A DNA stretch of 62,883 nucleotides, filler included, from Kipferlia bialata (lineage: Eukaryota), in assembly GCA_003568945.1 (NCBI GenBank). It is 5 parts of 5 records of this genome, joined end to end, with 100 filler letters (N's around TTAATTAATTAA, not from the genome) between each part and the next. Parts side by side here need not be neighbours in the genome. Positions count along the whole stretch, not along the records: positions 51,864 to 60,783 come from BDIP01000539.1; positions 60,884 to 62,883 come from BDIP01000640.1; 3 more parts are not named here. One strand, given 5' to 3'. Under the pieces are notes generated by a model. The model had not been told where the DNA came from. It was given only the letters and a program-made list of their open reading frames with translations, and searched no databases. Of this stretch, positions 51,864 to 62,883 are shown one piece after another; within the stretch, counting starts at the first letter, position 1, and each line of letters begins with the position of its first letter. The position numbers and the translations under genes were made by a program.

Positions 51864-52321
51864 TTCTCTGAGGATACATGGCTCATCTCACCGCTCCAAT
51901 TGCCCTTTCCAGACATTTTTCGTGCTCTTCCACAGCATAGAGAGCTGTTGTGCGCTAATTCGTATGGCCCTACACCCCTATGGGAGGAGCAGTGATCAAA
52001 AAAGTTCAATGTATATGTTCCAGTGGAACAGTTCCACGTAGTGCCTCAACACCGCAAACCTCATATGTGGACCAACCTGCCTGTATCACAGAGGCAACAG
52101 ATGCAATGACAGATACTACAGTATTGAAACACAAATACTGATATATTCCTCTTAGCGAGTAATCAGGTCATGCACGAGCATACCAGAACCTAAACGAAAT
52201 GACAGGAGAGTAATGAATAATGTTATGGCAGCCAGCAAGTAGCCACCATCAACACCTGCCCCTCTCAGAGGCAACACAACATAATAGCAACATAGAGGTG
52301 GGTAACCACACCTCAAAAGCG

Positions 52322-52709
52322 CTACTTGCCAAAGACAACTGGAGCAGGCATGGCACACCTTGGGTGAGCTGGAGAATGACACAAACAGGAACACAAAAGC
52401 TTCAACAAGGACTGAGGCCTCACCTAACGTCCTTGAATAGGTCATCGTTTGATGCGTTGATCATGAGGTCCCCGACAATGGCAACATCGTCGCCCTTCAC
52501 AACCATAGTCTCACACTCAACATACTGGTGTGAGAGGTCCAATCATTGCATTACATCAACATACAACAGTGGTGGTGGTGGGGGGGGATACCAACTGAGG
52601 CGTGTCCATATGAGAACAATACCTGTGGTCCCTCATGCTTGGACAGAATAACCTCCTGACACTCGGACAGTACCAGGTTTGTGTTTTGGTCGAAAGTGGA
52701 GAGCTTTCC
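52322..52709 (-). CDS. LSM8: LSm8-like Sm-fold protein, first exon missing
   Basis: Spliced: GKLSTFDQNTNLVLSECQEVILSKHEGPQ|YVECETMVVKGDDVAIVGDLMINASNDDLFKDVR|CAMPAPVVFGK*. Sm1 (FDQxxNLVL) and Sm2 (VVKGDDVAIVG) motifs with LSm8-like spacing and tail. Confidence 0.7.
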
Positions 52710-52806
52710 CTTGGGTAAGTGACATACCAAGCAATACACAAAGAAACGGATACCTAGAAAGGAAGACTGCTATATATTACTGACATATGAATGATGTTTA
52801 GTGTAT

Positions 52807-52851
<45 letters not shown>

Positions 52852-52910
52852 AGAAGGACCGACAATGGTAAATAGTAACCATGAACGGTACCGGTACCGA
52901 TTATCATCAC

Positions 52911-53158
52911 CTGTGTGTGGGAGGGGTGCGGTGGGTGAGCCCAGGGGCTTGAGGAACAGAGGCACCGCTGTCTTGATGTGGGAGGCAAGAAACTCCTCCT
53001 TGGGGTTCCTCTTCATGTGTGGCATGTACCTGGGTGAGTGACAGTTATCGGTACCGGTACCGAAACAATACCATACACACTCACCAGCTTCCATCCACGA
53101 CTACAACCTCGTCTAGGTGAGAGTTCAGCCACTCGGGGGTAACAGTGATGGGGGCCAT
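52911..53158 (-). CDS. Rhodanese / 3-mercaptopyruvate sulfurtransferase (SseA/TST-like), N-terminal fragment only
   Basis: MAPITVTPEWLNSHLDEVVVVDGSW|YMPHMKRNPKEEFLASHIKTAVPLFLKPLGSPTAPLPHT, matching the TST N-terminus pattern VxxxWL...VVDxSWYMP...R...EF...HIxxA...LPH. Confidence 0.8.
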
Positions 53159-53351
53159 TGGATAGATGTCATGTGTAAACAGTGCTCGACCAGGTCCCAA
53201 AAAGCAGAGGTGTACAGCGAATTGATTCAATGTCAACCACCAAATCTGAAATCTCAAGAACACATGAACATGATCACACGAAAGAAAACATCTCAATACG
53301 ACGTGACACTGTCACGGTGACAGGTAACTCAATTTCATTTATGAGCGCCCC

Positions 53352-56300
53352 TTATTGGGGCTTTGGGTGGAGGCTACCAGGTGTGCCCAGCCCCCCTAGG
53401 GAGAGAGAGAGGGAGGGTGTGGACCCGAGGGATATGCCCATTGGGGGGCAGGAGGGTGGGATGGGGGGAGGGGGTGCGTGGGGGGACGGGCCTCCCAGGG
53501 ACAGAGACAGGGACCCGGGGTGGGTGGGTGTGGGTGTGGGTATGGGTACCATGGGTGCAGTGTGGGCTGGGGTCCCTGACACATTGAGGGATAGGACCAT
53601 CGGCTGGGGGGGCCTCGGGGCAGAGGGGATGCTGAGGCTGTGCGGCACTGAAGGGGAGGGGCCCCTGAGGCTGCTGGACAGCGCCGACTGGCCGTTGCCC
53701 CTGAGGGCCGTCCCTAGGGACAGAGGCCCAGGGGATATGCCGATGGGGGGCAGGCCCAGCATCTCTCTCTGTCTGGCTGCCTCTCTCTCCTGGGCCCGTC
53801 TGGCCTCCTGTCTAGCCTTGTCCTCCAGCGCCTTGGCCTTCGCCTTGGCATCCCTCTCCTCTCTCTCCTTGGCCACCTTGGCACACGAGATGCGGATCGA
53901 CTTGCCGTGGCTCTTGAGCACCTTGAGCAGCTCCTTCTTGGACACGGTCAGGTGCATCACCATCTGGTCGCTGTCCTTGATGAGCCTCAGCGACATCATA
54001 CGCTCCGCCTCCTTGATCTCAGTGCGCACAGCCTTGGGCGGGGGCTGCAGGGAGAGGGGGTCCATGCCGGTGCCGGTGCCCAGGACAAGGGCACGCTGCT
54101 CCTCAACCGCATCTCTCTCTGCCTCTGCCTGCTTCTTCAGGGCTGCCTCACTTAGCACAGGGGGCGGCACAGGGACAGCGTCCGCTATGCCTGGCTGAGT
54201 GACAGCCAACTGAGTCAGGGAGGGGGTCTCCTCCAGCAGGGTCTGGGGGGGCTTGACCTGCACAGACGTGGTGATGGGAGGGGGGGCCAGGATGAAGGGC
54301 ACGCTGACGTCCCCATACACAGCAGCCAGTGCGGCAGTGAGGGCGGGAAGGTGCCCTCCTTGCAGCAGAGAGAGGAAGATGCGGTGGGGGTTGGTGTGGG
54401 GGGTGTCGGGGTTGAGGCAGGACCTGTATGTGGAGCACGTGCACCCACTGCCGCAGAAGCACACTGGGCAGGGGGCGGGGACGGGGAGGCCTGCCTTGTC
54501 CACAACACCCAGGGCAGGCACACACCTCAGCATGCAGGCCAGCTCCACCTGCGTCATGCCCCCAAGGGACTGGTCTGCCTCGGCCACAGCCTGCCCTGCC
54601 CTGCAGCACTGTACAAGGCCCACCCTCGACAGCACAGCTGGGTCCACCAGCATCACACACACACACTCGTGAGCAGCATGCCTCTGCTCGACAGAGGGTG
54701 CAGAAGCCACGGCATCTAGGGCGGCCAACAGCACGAGGCACCTGAGGGACACAGCGGGGTCGGCAGCAGGGGAGTCGAGGACTGTGTTGGGTGTCTTGGC
54801 CTGTCTCTTGCCCTGCCTGTCCTGTGCCTGTGCACATGCATCGTATGCATCCATGGTCTGCAGCACTACGTCCCAGGCCTCACCCAGGGCCTCCACATAG
54901 GAGGGTGCCACCTCTCTCCTCATGGCAGAGGCAAGGGCCCGGGCCTCGCTGTTGTGCAGGCCGGCCACCCTCACTGCGTCACTGCCCGTGGCCTGTGCGG
55001 CACCTTGCAACACAGCCACAGCCGTCAGGAGCTTGAGGGCTGCGGAGGACACGACGCACCCGAGCTGCAGCCCCTGGGCCAGACCGACCATGCACTTGGA
55101 CGCCACATCTACACCCCCGTCCCTCTCGCCCCCGGCCACAGACACCCCGCCAAGGATGAGGTTGGCATAGCTCTGGCACACCGCACACCGTACGGGGTCT
55201 GCGGAGGAGGGGAGAGCGAGGGAGGCCAAGGCACAGTGCTCAATGGCATCCAGCACTCTGGTGTAGAAGGCACGGAAGTGGGGGGGCTGGGGGTGAGGGA
55301 GGGGTTCCACACCAAGAGTGTATCCAAGTATATACACACACCCCCACCTTAGTCTTGAGTCTACCCAGGGCCAGTGCCACCACGTGCACCGGGATGGGTG
55401 ACCCCTGGCTGCCACTCAGCCACCCAGGCACCGTGTTGGTCAGGAGGTTGGCAGCGTCGATGGGGGTCACGTTCAGCTCCCTGGATAGAGACGCAGCCTC
55501 TATCAGGGCGCACAGTACCTGGGTCAGGCAGGGGGATATGTACATACACAAATAGAAGGAGAGTAATGGCAATGAGATGATGGCACTACTCAAGGACACA
55601 ACCCACCTGGCTGTCGAATGCGGATGGCTTTGGGGCAGGGGGTCTGACGAAGGCCAGCAGGGTCTTGAGATGCTCCAGCCTGGTTGATATCAGGACATGC
55701 AGCAGGGCACACTGCCTGACCACAGAGTAGCACGCCACGCTGCCGGACACAATCTTGGGCAGGGTCTGCAGCACTGCGTCCTTGAGGGAACCACTCCTCA
55801 GACGGCCCTGGCCTAATATGAGAGGGAGGGGGGGGGATATGTATGTGGTGTGTTGTGTGTATGACAGCCCCTACCTGCGAGGTTATCCAGTGCCCTCATC
55901 TGCGCTGTGCTAGAGGCCTCCATGATCAGCTGGGGTTAGTGAGGAGGGGTAGCCAATGTGGCAATACATGGTACCTGAGTGTCATCCCACACTTCCGTAT
56001 GCTGTATATGTATCCACTCAAGTGTACCTGTATGCCGTATGCGGATGCGCCCTGGTCCACCCTCCACCTGACCAGGGGACACGACAGATCAGGGTCCACA
56101 GATACAAACCGGTACTTGCCCAGGTCAGCAGTGAGGGGCTGGGGGATGGGCACGTCCAGGAAGGCCCTGGCTGGGTTGTTGGAGGCGTCGAACAGGGTGC
56201 CCTTCTTGCGGGACTGGGCCGTCCTACTCCGGACCTTGCACGAGTTGCGTGTCCCTACGCCCTTGAGGTTGAGGGACACCCTGTACTCAACGCCATCGAG

Positions 56301-59300
56301 TAGAACTACCTACAGGGTCAGTAGGAGGAGTGAGAAGCAGGGGGCACGAATATGCATATTTGTATATACATACACACAATACCCACCTTGGCCGGCACGT
56401 GTATGGGCAGGCCCTTGGGGTCTCCGATCTGGACACTCGACACATTGACCCTATTGCCCCCCTCGTCCGTATCATCCTCCAGCCTCACACTCACACTACA
56501 GGCAGTCAGCATGGCAGAGGTGCCCACCGCATCGTACACTGCAGCAGCGGGGTCGGCCCTGGAGTAAGGTGAATCCAAGTACAGATACCTATACATCCAC
56601 ATGCACCCCCACCTGTGTTCCTTGAGTGCCTGTCCGACCTGGTGTGCAGATAGAGGCTTGGCAGTGGGTGCGTGCTTGGAGTATATGTCTGCCACCGTGG
56701 CCAGGATGTCTGCGGCACAGGGCAGGGCAAGCAGGGTGGCAGCCAGGCTGGCCTCCTGGCATTAGTCAGTTGTCATGTCGTCCTACACTCTAGAAACATA
56801 GCCCAATACCTTTGCAAAGGAGTGCGACCGCATGTCCCGGGGTGTGTGTGCAAAGGGTATGTCGGCACACCCCATCAGGGCATCGCCTGTCACCCTGGGG
56901 GTGAGGGGGATAGGGGACCAATGGCATATAAAATATATACCATATCAAGTACATAGTAGAAACACACCTTGTAGACGCTCTCTTCGACACCCCCCACAGG
57001 GGTAGACGCGTGGCATCACCAAGTAGAGAGGCTCTGAGACCAAAACGGTATCTGAGGTGAGAGGGTGACCTTCCCATACAACATACACACCCATGACTGA
57101 ACTGGACCGCACCTCTCCACGGATGCCTCGTTGGAACCAAACACATGCCCACAGTACTGGTGGAACAGGATGGCAGCCAGGGTGTGCACAGCTGGGGGTC
57201 AGAAAGGAGGGGAGGGAGAGAGAGAGAGGGAGAGAGAGAGTATGGCCAGGGTGCACACCTGGGTGAGAAGGGGGAGGGGGGGGGGGAGTATTGCTTATGA
57301 TGATATGATTGGTCACTTCTTCAGTCCCCCACCTGATGTCTCTGAGACTGAGACTGGGGGCACCACCACCCCAAACAGATGGCGGCACATGCACAGCACA
57401 ACGTCACGGCGGAAGGCAGCCCTGGGATGAGAGAGTCGTATGTAGAGAACACACTGCATGGGAATGTATATCCACCTGCACGCGTGGTCTGGGACCTCTG
57501 CTGCCCTAGCGTCCAGGTGGACAGCAGGCAGCATGGCGGTGGGTATGAGGATGACAGAGTGGTACACCCTGGGGGTGGGTATGGGCACGAACAGAAGGGT
57601 CATGGCCAGGGGGGGGGCACCGATACGGGAGCACAGCCACTTGAAGGACTGTGGGATACGCTCACAAACAGCCTGGGGTGAGTATGGGCCACACATACAT
57701 GTATATGTAAACAGTACCCAGCACCTCCACAGCCTGTGAGTCTTGACATACATGGTCAACGCTAAATATACAGGACACAGACATACATATGAGTGTATAT
57801 ATATACAATACAACTCCCACCTCCACCGCCTGTGCGTCGTGCTTGGTGTCGGAGAGGGGTGCGTATGTGAGCCTGGCGTCTGAAGTGCCCTCCTGTGCCG
57901 GGTAGGGGTCGAAGGGACCACACACCACCCCTATGTGTCTGGCCAGGCAAGGGCCGCACTGGGGGTCAGAGACGATACACACCACAAACACATATTCCAC
58001 TACATATACTCTCTTGGGCTGAGATAGGTGTATACTGAGCGATCTGTATAGACAGATAAAAGATTATACCTGGTAGAGGAATGGCCTTGGGAGGGATGGC
58101 TGGCGGGCGTCCACCTCCCCACATGTCAGGAGGGTGCCTGATGCCACCACCACTGCAGGGTGGGGGGAGACCATGGACACCTCCAGCCTGCACTCCACAG
58201 GGGTGTTGGCCCAAGGGAGGGGCAGAGGGAACAGACACGCGGGGAGGTCGGGGGGGAGGAAGTAGGCCCGGGACTCATGGGAACGGGCACCTACATACCT
58301 AAAGGTCAGAGGGGGGGTATACTACACACCGCATGCTCATCACTCCATCACATCCATCAATCACAGATTACTAACTGTAGGGTATAATGGACATACATCC
58401 ACCCCCACCTGTGGAAGAGAGGCAGTGCCCGGGACCCCGAGTCGTGGAGGGTGAAGGCAACCTCGACCTGGCGGGGGAGGGCACCTGGGGTCAGGCCACC
58501 AACGCTGTCGCACCATATATGCAAGTGGAACATACGTGTGTATACACACAGAACATATACATAGAATATATACATATAGACCCACCTGGGTCCAGAGGCA
58601 CCAGCACATCTCCAGCTGCCTGTCTTCTCCCGTGGTGGGTCCAGAGTTTGTCCTGGTATTAGGGGAGAGACACCCACATACACACATGAGAGTACATATG
58701 TAATACACACAGCCCCTGTACCTGCATGGCTGTCTCCGAGTACCCCCCAGTCCCTATCCCCTTGGCCACGGGCTGCACTGACACATCAGACCCCTCGCCT
58801 GAGGCCTCACCAACGGTCAGACGGGCAGGCTTGGAGGGGGGCTGGCCATCCAGCAGTACACCTGGGGGGTTAGATGATATAACTGTGGAGAGATAGTGGG
58901 AGAGATACTGGGAAAGACAAGAAGAGGCCTACTGACTACGAGATAGAGTATCAGTCCACTCCCGAGTAATATGTAATGATGCGTGTGTGGCTGATAACGG
59001 TGATAGAGAGAGAGGTAGATATAAATGTGTTAACCAGTAAAAGTACCTGTGACTGCGACCAAGGGAGAGAGGAGGCAGAGGGAGGAGGGGGCTGAGACGG
59101 GGCAGGGTGTCATGCCCTGCACATCGAATGACACGGACCCGTGCATAGTACACAAGGACAGGTCCACATTGAGCATCACAGTCAGCAGGGGGTGGCGGGG
59201 GGCAGAGGACTGGAGGGGGAGGGGGAGGGGGGCAGGGTCCTGGGGTATGGGCACCGTCTCTGAGGGCAGCGTGGGGGGTGCATCGACCCCTCCCTTGCCA

Positions 59301-59785
59301 GTCCCAGTGACATTGACATTGGCAGCAGGAGTGGCAGACCCAGTCATATCGACATCCCCACCCGGCACACCACCCTGGGCACCACTATTACTATCACTCA
59401 CAGGCATAGGCATAGGCACAGTGGGTGTGGCCACACCACCACTGCCCATGGGTACATCACCTGCACCTGCCCCTGTCTCAGACACGCGTTGTGATGGTTG
59501 GGACACAACACTAGGGGGAGGGGGGTTCACAGGCTGACCACCACCACTCTCACCTGTACCCCCAGTCCCACTACTACCCACAAACCCAAACACCGGCTGT
59601 TGGGAGGCCTGGGTGACACTGCTGACACCATCGGGTACAGACCCAGTCTCGACAGCTGGATCAGAGACATGTGTAGGCACCACAGGGGCAGTGCTAGACA
59701 CACCACCAGGTGCCATAGATGTGTTAGACACCACAGGGGTCACAGACCCGTATGGGGGTATGGGCACCTTGGATGGTCCCTGCAT
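53352..59785 (-). CDS. TAF2: TAF2-like protein (TFIID subunit 2, inactive M1 aminopeptidase fold) with low-complexity N- and C-termini
   Basis: M1-type segments (VVVASGTLL; LARHIGVVCGPF). The spliced stretch FRRDVVLCMCRHLFGVVVPPVSVSETSAVHTLAAILFHQYCGHVFGSNE has no HEXXH and matches the RR-x10-FG-x29-FGxNE spacing I recall for TAF2. Later YRFVSVDPDLSCPLVRWRVDQGASAYGIQLIMEASSTAQMRAL resembles the TAF2 WIRxDPD...Q...QL...AQ motif. Confidence 0.7.
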
Positions 59786-60035
59786 CCCCTACAACTGTGT
59801 GTCTGGAGTCCCTCTCTCTCTCCCTCTCTCTCTCCACAAAGACTCAAGTCCAAAGGCCACAAAGACTCTTCCAGTATCAGCGGGACTTCCTCTCTGTTCT
59901 GCTGTGGTACTGTCTAGGGTAACCTCCAACGCAGCGCTACGAAGAGAGAGTGAAACAGGATGTCCGACTCGACACACAAATACAATGATCTCCGACAGAC
60001 TCTCTCTCCGCTCTTCTCTTCAAGACATATCAGCT

Positions 60036-60452
60036 ATGGCAGACTCTGATATGGTTGGGCAGATCCAGGCACCCCTCGACCTTCTGAGGGAGGCCCTGGA
60101 CGGCACTGTGGTGGTCAGCTGCCACGGACACAGAGAGCTCACAGGAAGGCTGCATGTACGTGTCATACACTACTCTCTCATCTGCCTCGTTTGTAATCAT
60201 AACACAGTCAGAAGCAGTATATATGCATGTTTGGAGTCATGGAGGTGTACGTCAAGCAGTTATGTTGGTGTTATGATGGGGTTCCATAGATCTGATCACC
60301 GATACTGGCGCCCTGGTATCTCATATGTGTAACACTCATTCTGTCCCACCCCCCAGGCCTTCGACCAGCACTGCAACCTGCTGATAGGCGATGCCCGTGA
60401 GACCCACCTGCGCATCACCATCGACACAGCCACCATGGAGGAGACACAGGAG
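60036..60452 (+). CDS. LSM3: LSm3 (U6 snRNA-associated Sm-like protein), last exon lost in gap
   Basis: Exons 60036-60155 and 60357-60452: MADSDMVGQIQAPLDLLREALDGTVVVSCHGHRELTGRLH|AFDQHCNLLIGDARETHLRITIDTATMEETQE. Confidence 0.9.
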
Positions 60453-60783
60453 GTACGGGGATGTTTTGGGGTATATATCGGTAGTGCGACGCACTGTGCG
60501 TACTTATGTTCCACACATGTATGATTGTGACTCCAAGGCCAATTTGTCTGTGCATATTCGGTTATGTAGGCCTATCTAGTGGTTTGTGGTGTACGTTGCT
60601 CTCTCCAACCCAGCATCCATACTCACTCCAACTCTGCCAATACCACTCATGTCTCATATTGCAATCATGTGCCTCTTTGTACTGGATTCTGCTCTAGGAG
60701 TTTCTTTGACATTGTTCTTATCGTCTCTCTCTGTCTCTCTCTCCCCCCCCCCCCCCCCCCCCCCCCCCCCACCCCCCACCCGC

Positions 60784-60883
60784 NNNNNNNNNNNNNNNNN
60801 NNNNNNNNNNNNNNNNNNNNNNNNNNNTTAATTAATTAANNNNNNNNNNNNNNNNNNNNNNNNNNNNNNNNNNNNNNNNNNNN
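60784..60883. other. Artificial contig/scaffold spacer
   Basis: N run with TTAATTAATTAA at 60828-60839. Confidence 0.97.
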
Positions 60884-60939
60884 ATATATATGACTCTCTT
60901 GATATCCCCCCCCCCCCCCTCTCTCTCTCTGACAACCAG

Positions 60940-62744
60940 GGATGGACGACAGTATCAGTGGTGTACTGTATGAGCACCAGGACCCACTGTCAGCCATAGG
61001 TATCCTATATGGATGTATATATCTATCATTGGAGCTTGATACCAATCATTATCACGTTGGGGGGCTGGACCAGCGACATGTGTGTCAGAACTACCCCTGC
61101 TGTCCGTGTCACGTCTTATATCTTACCCCCCAGCGTCTGCCTCCCTAGGCGGTGTCAAGTGCCGGGTGGTAGGAGAACAGGACATGGCAGACACCATCCA
61201 GAGGTAGGAAGCCAGTTGATTGCGATAGTACCCCCCTCCCCCCTCCCCCAACCTCAGGTGCTTGTACGGCCCTGCCTCTCCCGAGGGTGGTGCCCCCCAC
61301 AGCCTATGTCTCATGGCAGCCACCCCCTACACCCTGGGTCGGTACGTGGATGCACAGGGAATGCAGGCTGCCTTCCCGGTGCTGTCCCAGGAGCACATCT
61401 CCCTAGCCCAGAGGGGCATCCACCCCCTGCCAGAGAGTCCTCTGTACATCGTGTCTGCATCCTTCCAGCCCTCTGCCTCCAGCCCAGGCACATGTACCTT
61501 GGGACAGTCCAGACTGGACCCTGTGTCGAACGAGGCATGCCCTGTCGATCTGACATCATGCACGGTGCGTGCAGTGCTGGCCCCCTCGTCAGAGACCTCC
61601 CCCCTCGAGGCAGCCGTGTCACCTGTTGTGGTCAGACAGTGCGAGGAGATGGCTACTAGACTGGCCAGTCACATTGCTAGGAACCACATGCTGTATGCCG
61701 TGTCTCTGTCTCTGGTGGTGTCTCCTCAGTATGCCATGCCCCTCCTCTACACCCATGCGGCACACTCCACCCCTCTATCCCCCCCTGGCGTGCCCTCCTC
61801 TCCCTCTGTACTTGGACTGGGTGCTAAGCTGGAGCCCCTGTGTCTTCTGTTTGTGCCCTCTCTAACACTGTCCTGTGCCCAGGCTCCCAAGGGGGCCAGG
61901 CCTGACAGCCAGACCCTACTGGCCACCTGTCCCTCCCCGGCCCCTGCCACTGCCCCCTTATCGCTAGTGGAGCTGGCTGCCCAGGAGGCCATGCTGGAGC
62001 AGGAGATCAGAGAGCTGGATGAGAGGGCCACTGTACAGGCCAGGGGGGGTGCCCCTGCTAGGGATGGCATTGACACATCGGTGGCCCCCGTGGCGTCACC
62101 CCAGTGGAAGAGAGAGAGGCGGTCTCTGCTGAGGCAGGCCAGGGAGAGACGTGAGAAGAGACAGCTGCACGATACGCAGCACCACCTCAAGCAGACAGAG
62201 AGGGGGTACGACAGGGATCAGCAGGTCGACGCGCTGCTGAGGGGCCAGGCCCCTGCCGTGTCTGTGTCACACACACAGAGGGACCCTGGGTTCGGTATCC
62301 AGCTCAGGTCCCCAGACGAGATAGTGAGCAGCGGTATTGAGGATGTGGAGCGGGAGAGAGAGAGAGAGAGACAGTCCGTGCTGCGGCCAGAGGCTGAGGA
62401 ACTCTCCCCATCTCCCAAGTCCCAGCTGGTCTCAGGGTCTCCTGTGGCCAAGTGCCACGCTGACCCTGAGGAGGACGAGGCCTCTCTCTCTGCCCCATCC
62501 CCCGTGGCCCTTATGGAGGGGTCGTCCCAGCCCGTCAAGCCCGTACCTATGACAGAGGCAGAGAGAGAGGCGGAGAGAGAGAGAGAGGCCTCTGCACTGG
62601 AGGACATGCGTATGGATCATGTTGATCTGGACGAGGATGTGGGCACCAGCATCCATGAGACGGGGGTACCAGAGGGAGACGGAGAGCTGGTGGTTAACTC
62701 CAGGGTGGCTGAGTACATACTGGAGTGTCACAACGGCCAGACAG
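60940..62744 (+). CDS. Hypothetical protein, partial at both ends, with a coiled-coil and an acidic region
   Basis: Two short exons, then a roughly 1.5-kb exon (506-aa ORF) with LVELAAQEAMLEQEIRELDER, ending at the donor ACAG|GTAT at 62744. Confidence 0.7.
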
Positions 62745-62834
62745 GTATATATGTATATGTAGTGCGTATATCCTATGGATAGCAGGGTTGCAGGTGGCAT
62801 TGTGACTTAGAGTATGGGGTAGAGTAATACATGA

Positions 62835-62877
<43 letters not shown>

Positions 62878-62883
62878 TGCTCT

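Noticed and set aside
53182..54198. 338-aa plus-strand ORF and other long antisense ORFs (59049-60035, 61747-62800 minus strand, 39194-42314 plus strand)
   Set aside because: Shadows of GC-rich coding exons on the opposite strand, with no independent motifs.
52322..60452. Functional clustering of LSm8 and LSm3 around TAF2
   Set aside because: The LSm8 segment is probably joined artificially at the G homopolymer, so the linkage is unreliable.

Overview
Eukaryotic, intron-rich, microsatellite-rich ((TA)n, (GA)n, poly-C) genomic DNA from a fragmented draft assembly: four 100-nt N-TTAATTAATTAA-N spacers and one plain N gap. Introns are GT-AG with the branch point right next to the acceptor (YTNAC-N3-5-YAG). 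This, plus many divergent kelch-like genes and standard stop-codon use, suggests a free-living fornicate (metamonad) such as Kipferlia; that assignment is inference. Genes rebuilt by hand-splicing: a very large 5'-partial hypothetical gene (1-14619), an Arf-family GTPase with degenerate G1/G3 motifs, several kelch-like proteins, a tiny gene carrying only an RBR RING2/Rcat domain, a helical hypothetical protein, a bacterial-type SulP/STAS transporter with at least 15 introns, a secreted LRR + Cna-B-like repeat protein, a WD40 fragment, a membrane protein of three hairpin repeats, an FG-GAP propeller, a bacterial-type HutD/Ves protein, rhodanese and LSm8 fragments, TAF2, LSm3 and a 3'-partial hypothetical gene. 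The main finding is a pervasive system of 'exon echoes'. Introns hold arrays of 25-55-nt copies of the neighbouring exon end together with its splice site. Donor copies lie downstream of the real exon and acceptor copies upstream. The copies differ from the real exon mostly at synonymous positions, although some cannot be spliced in frame. All family assignments come from motif recognition without database searches.
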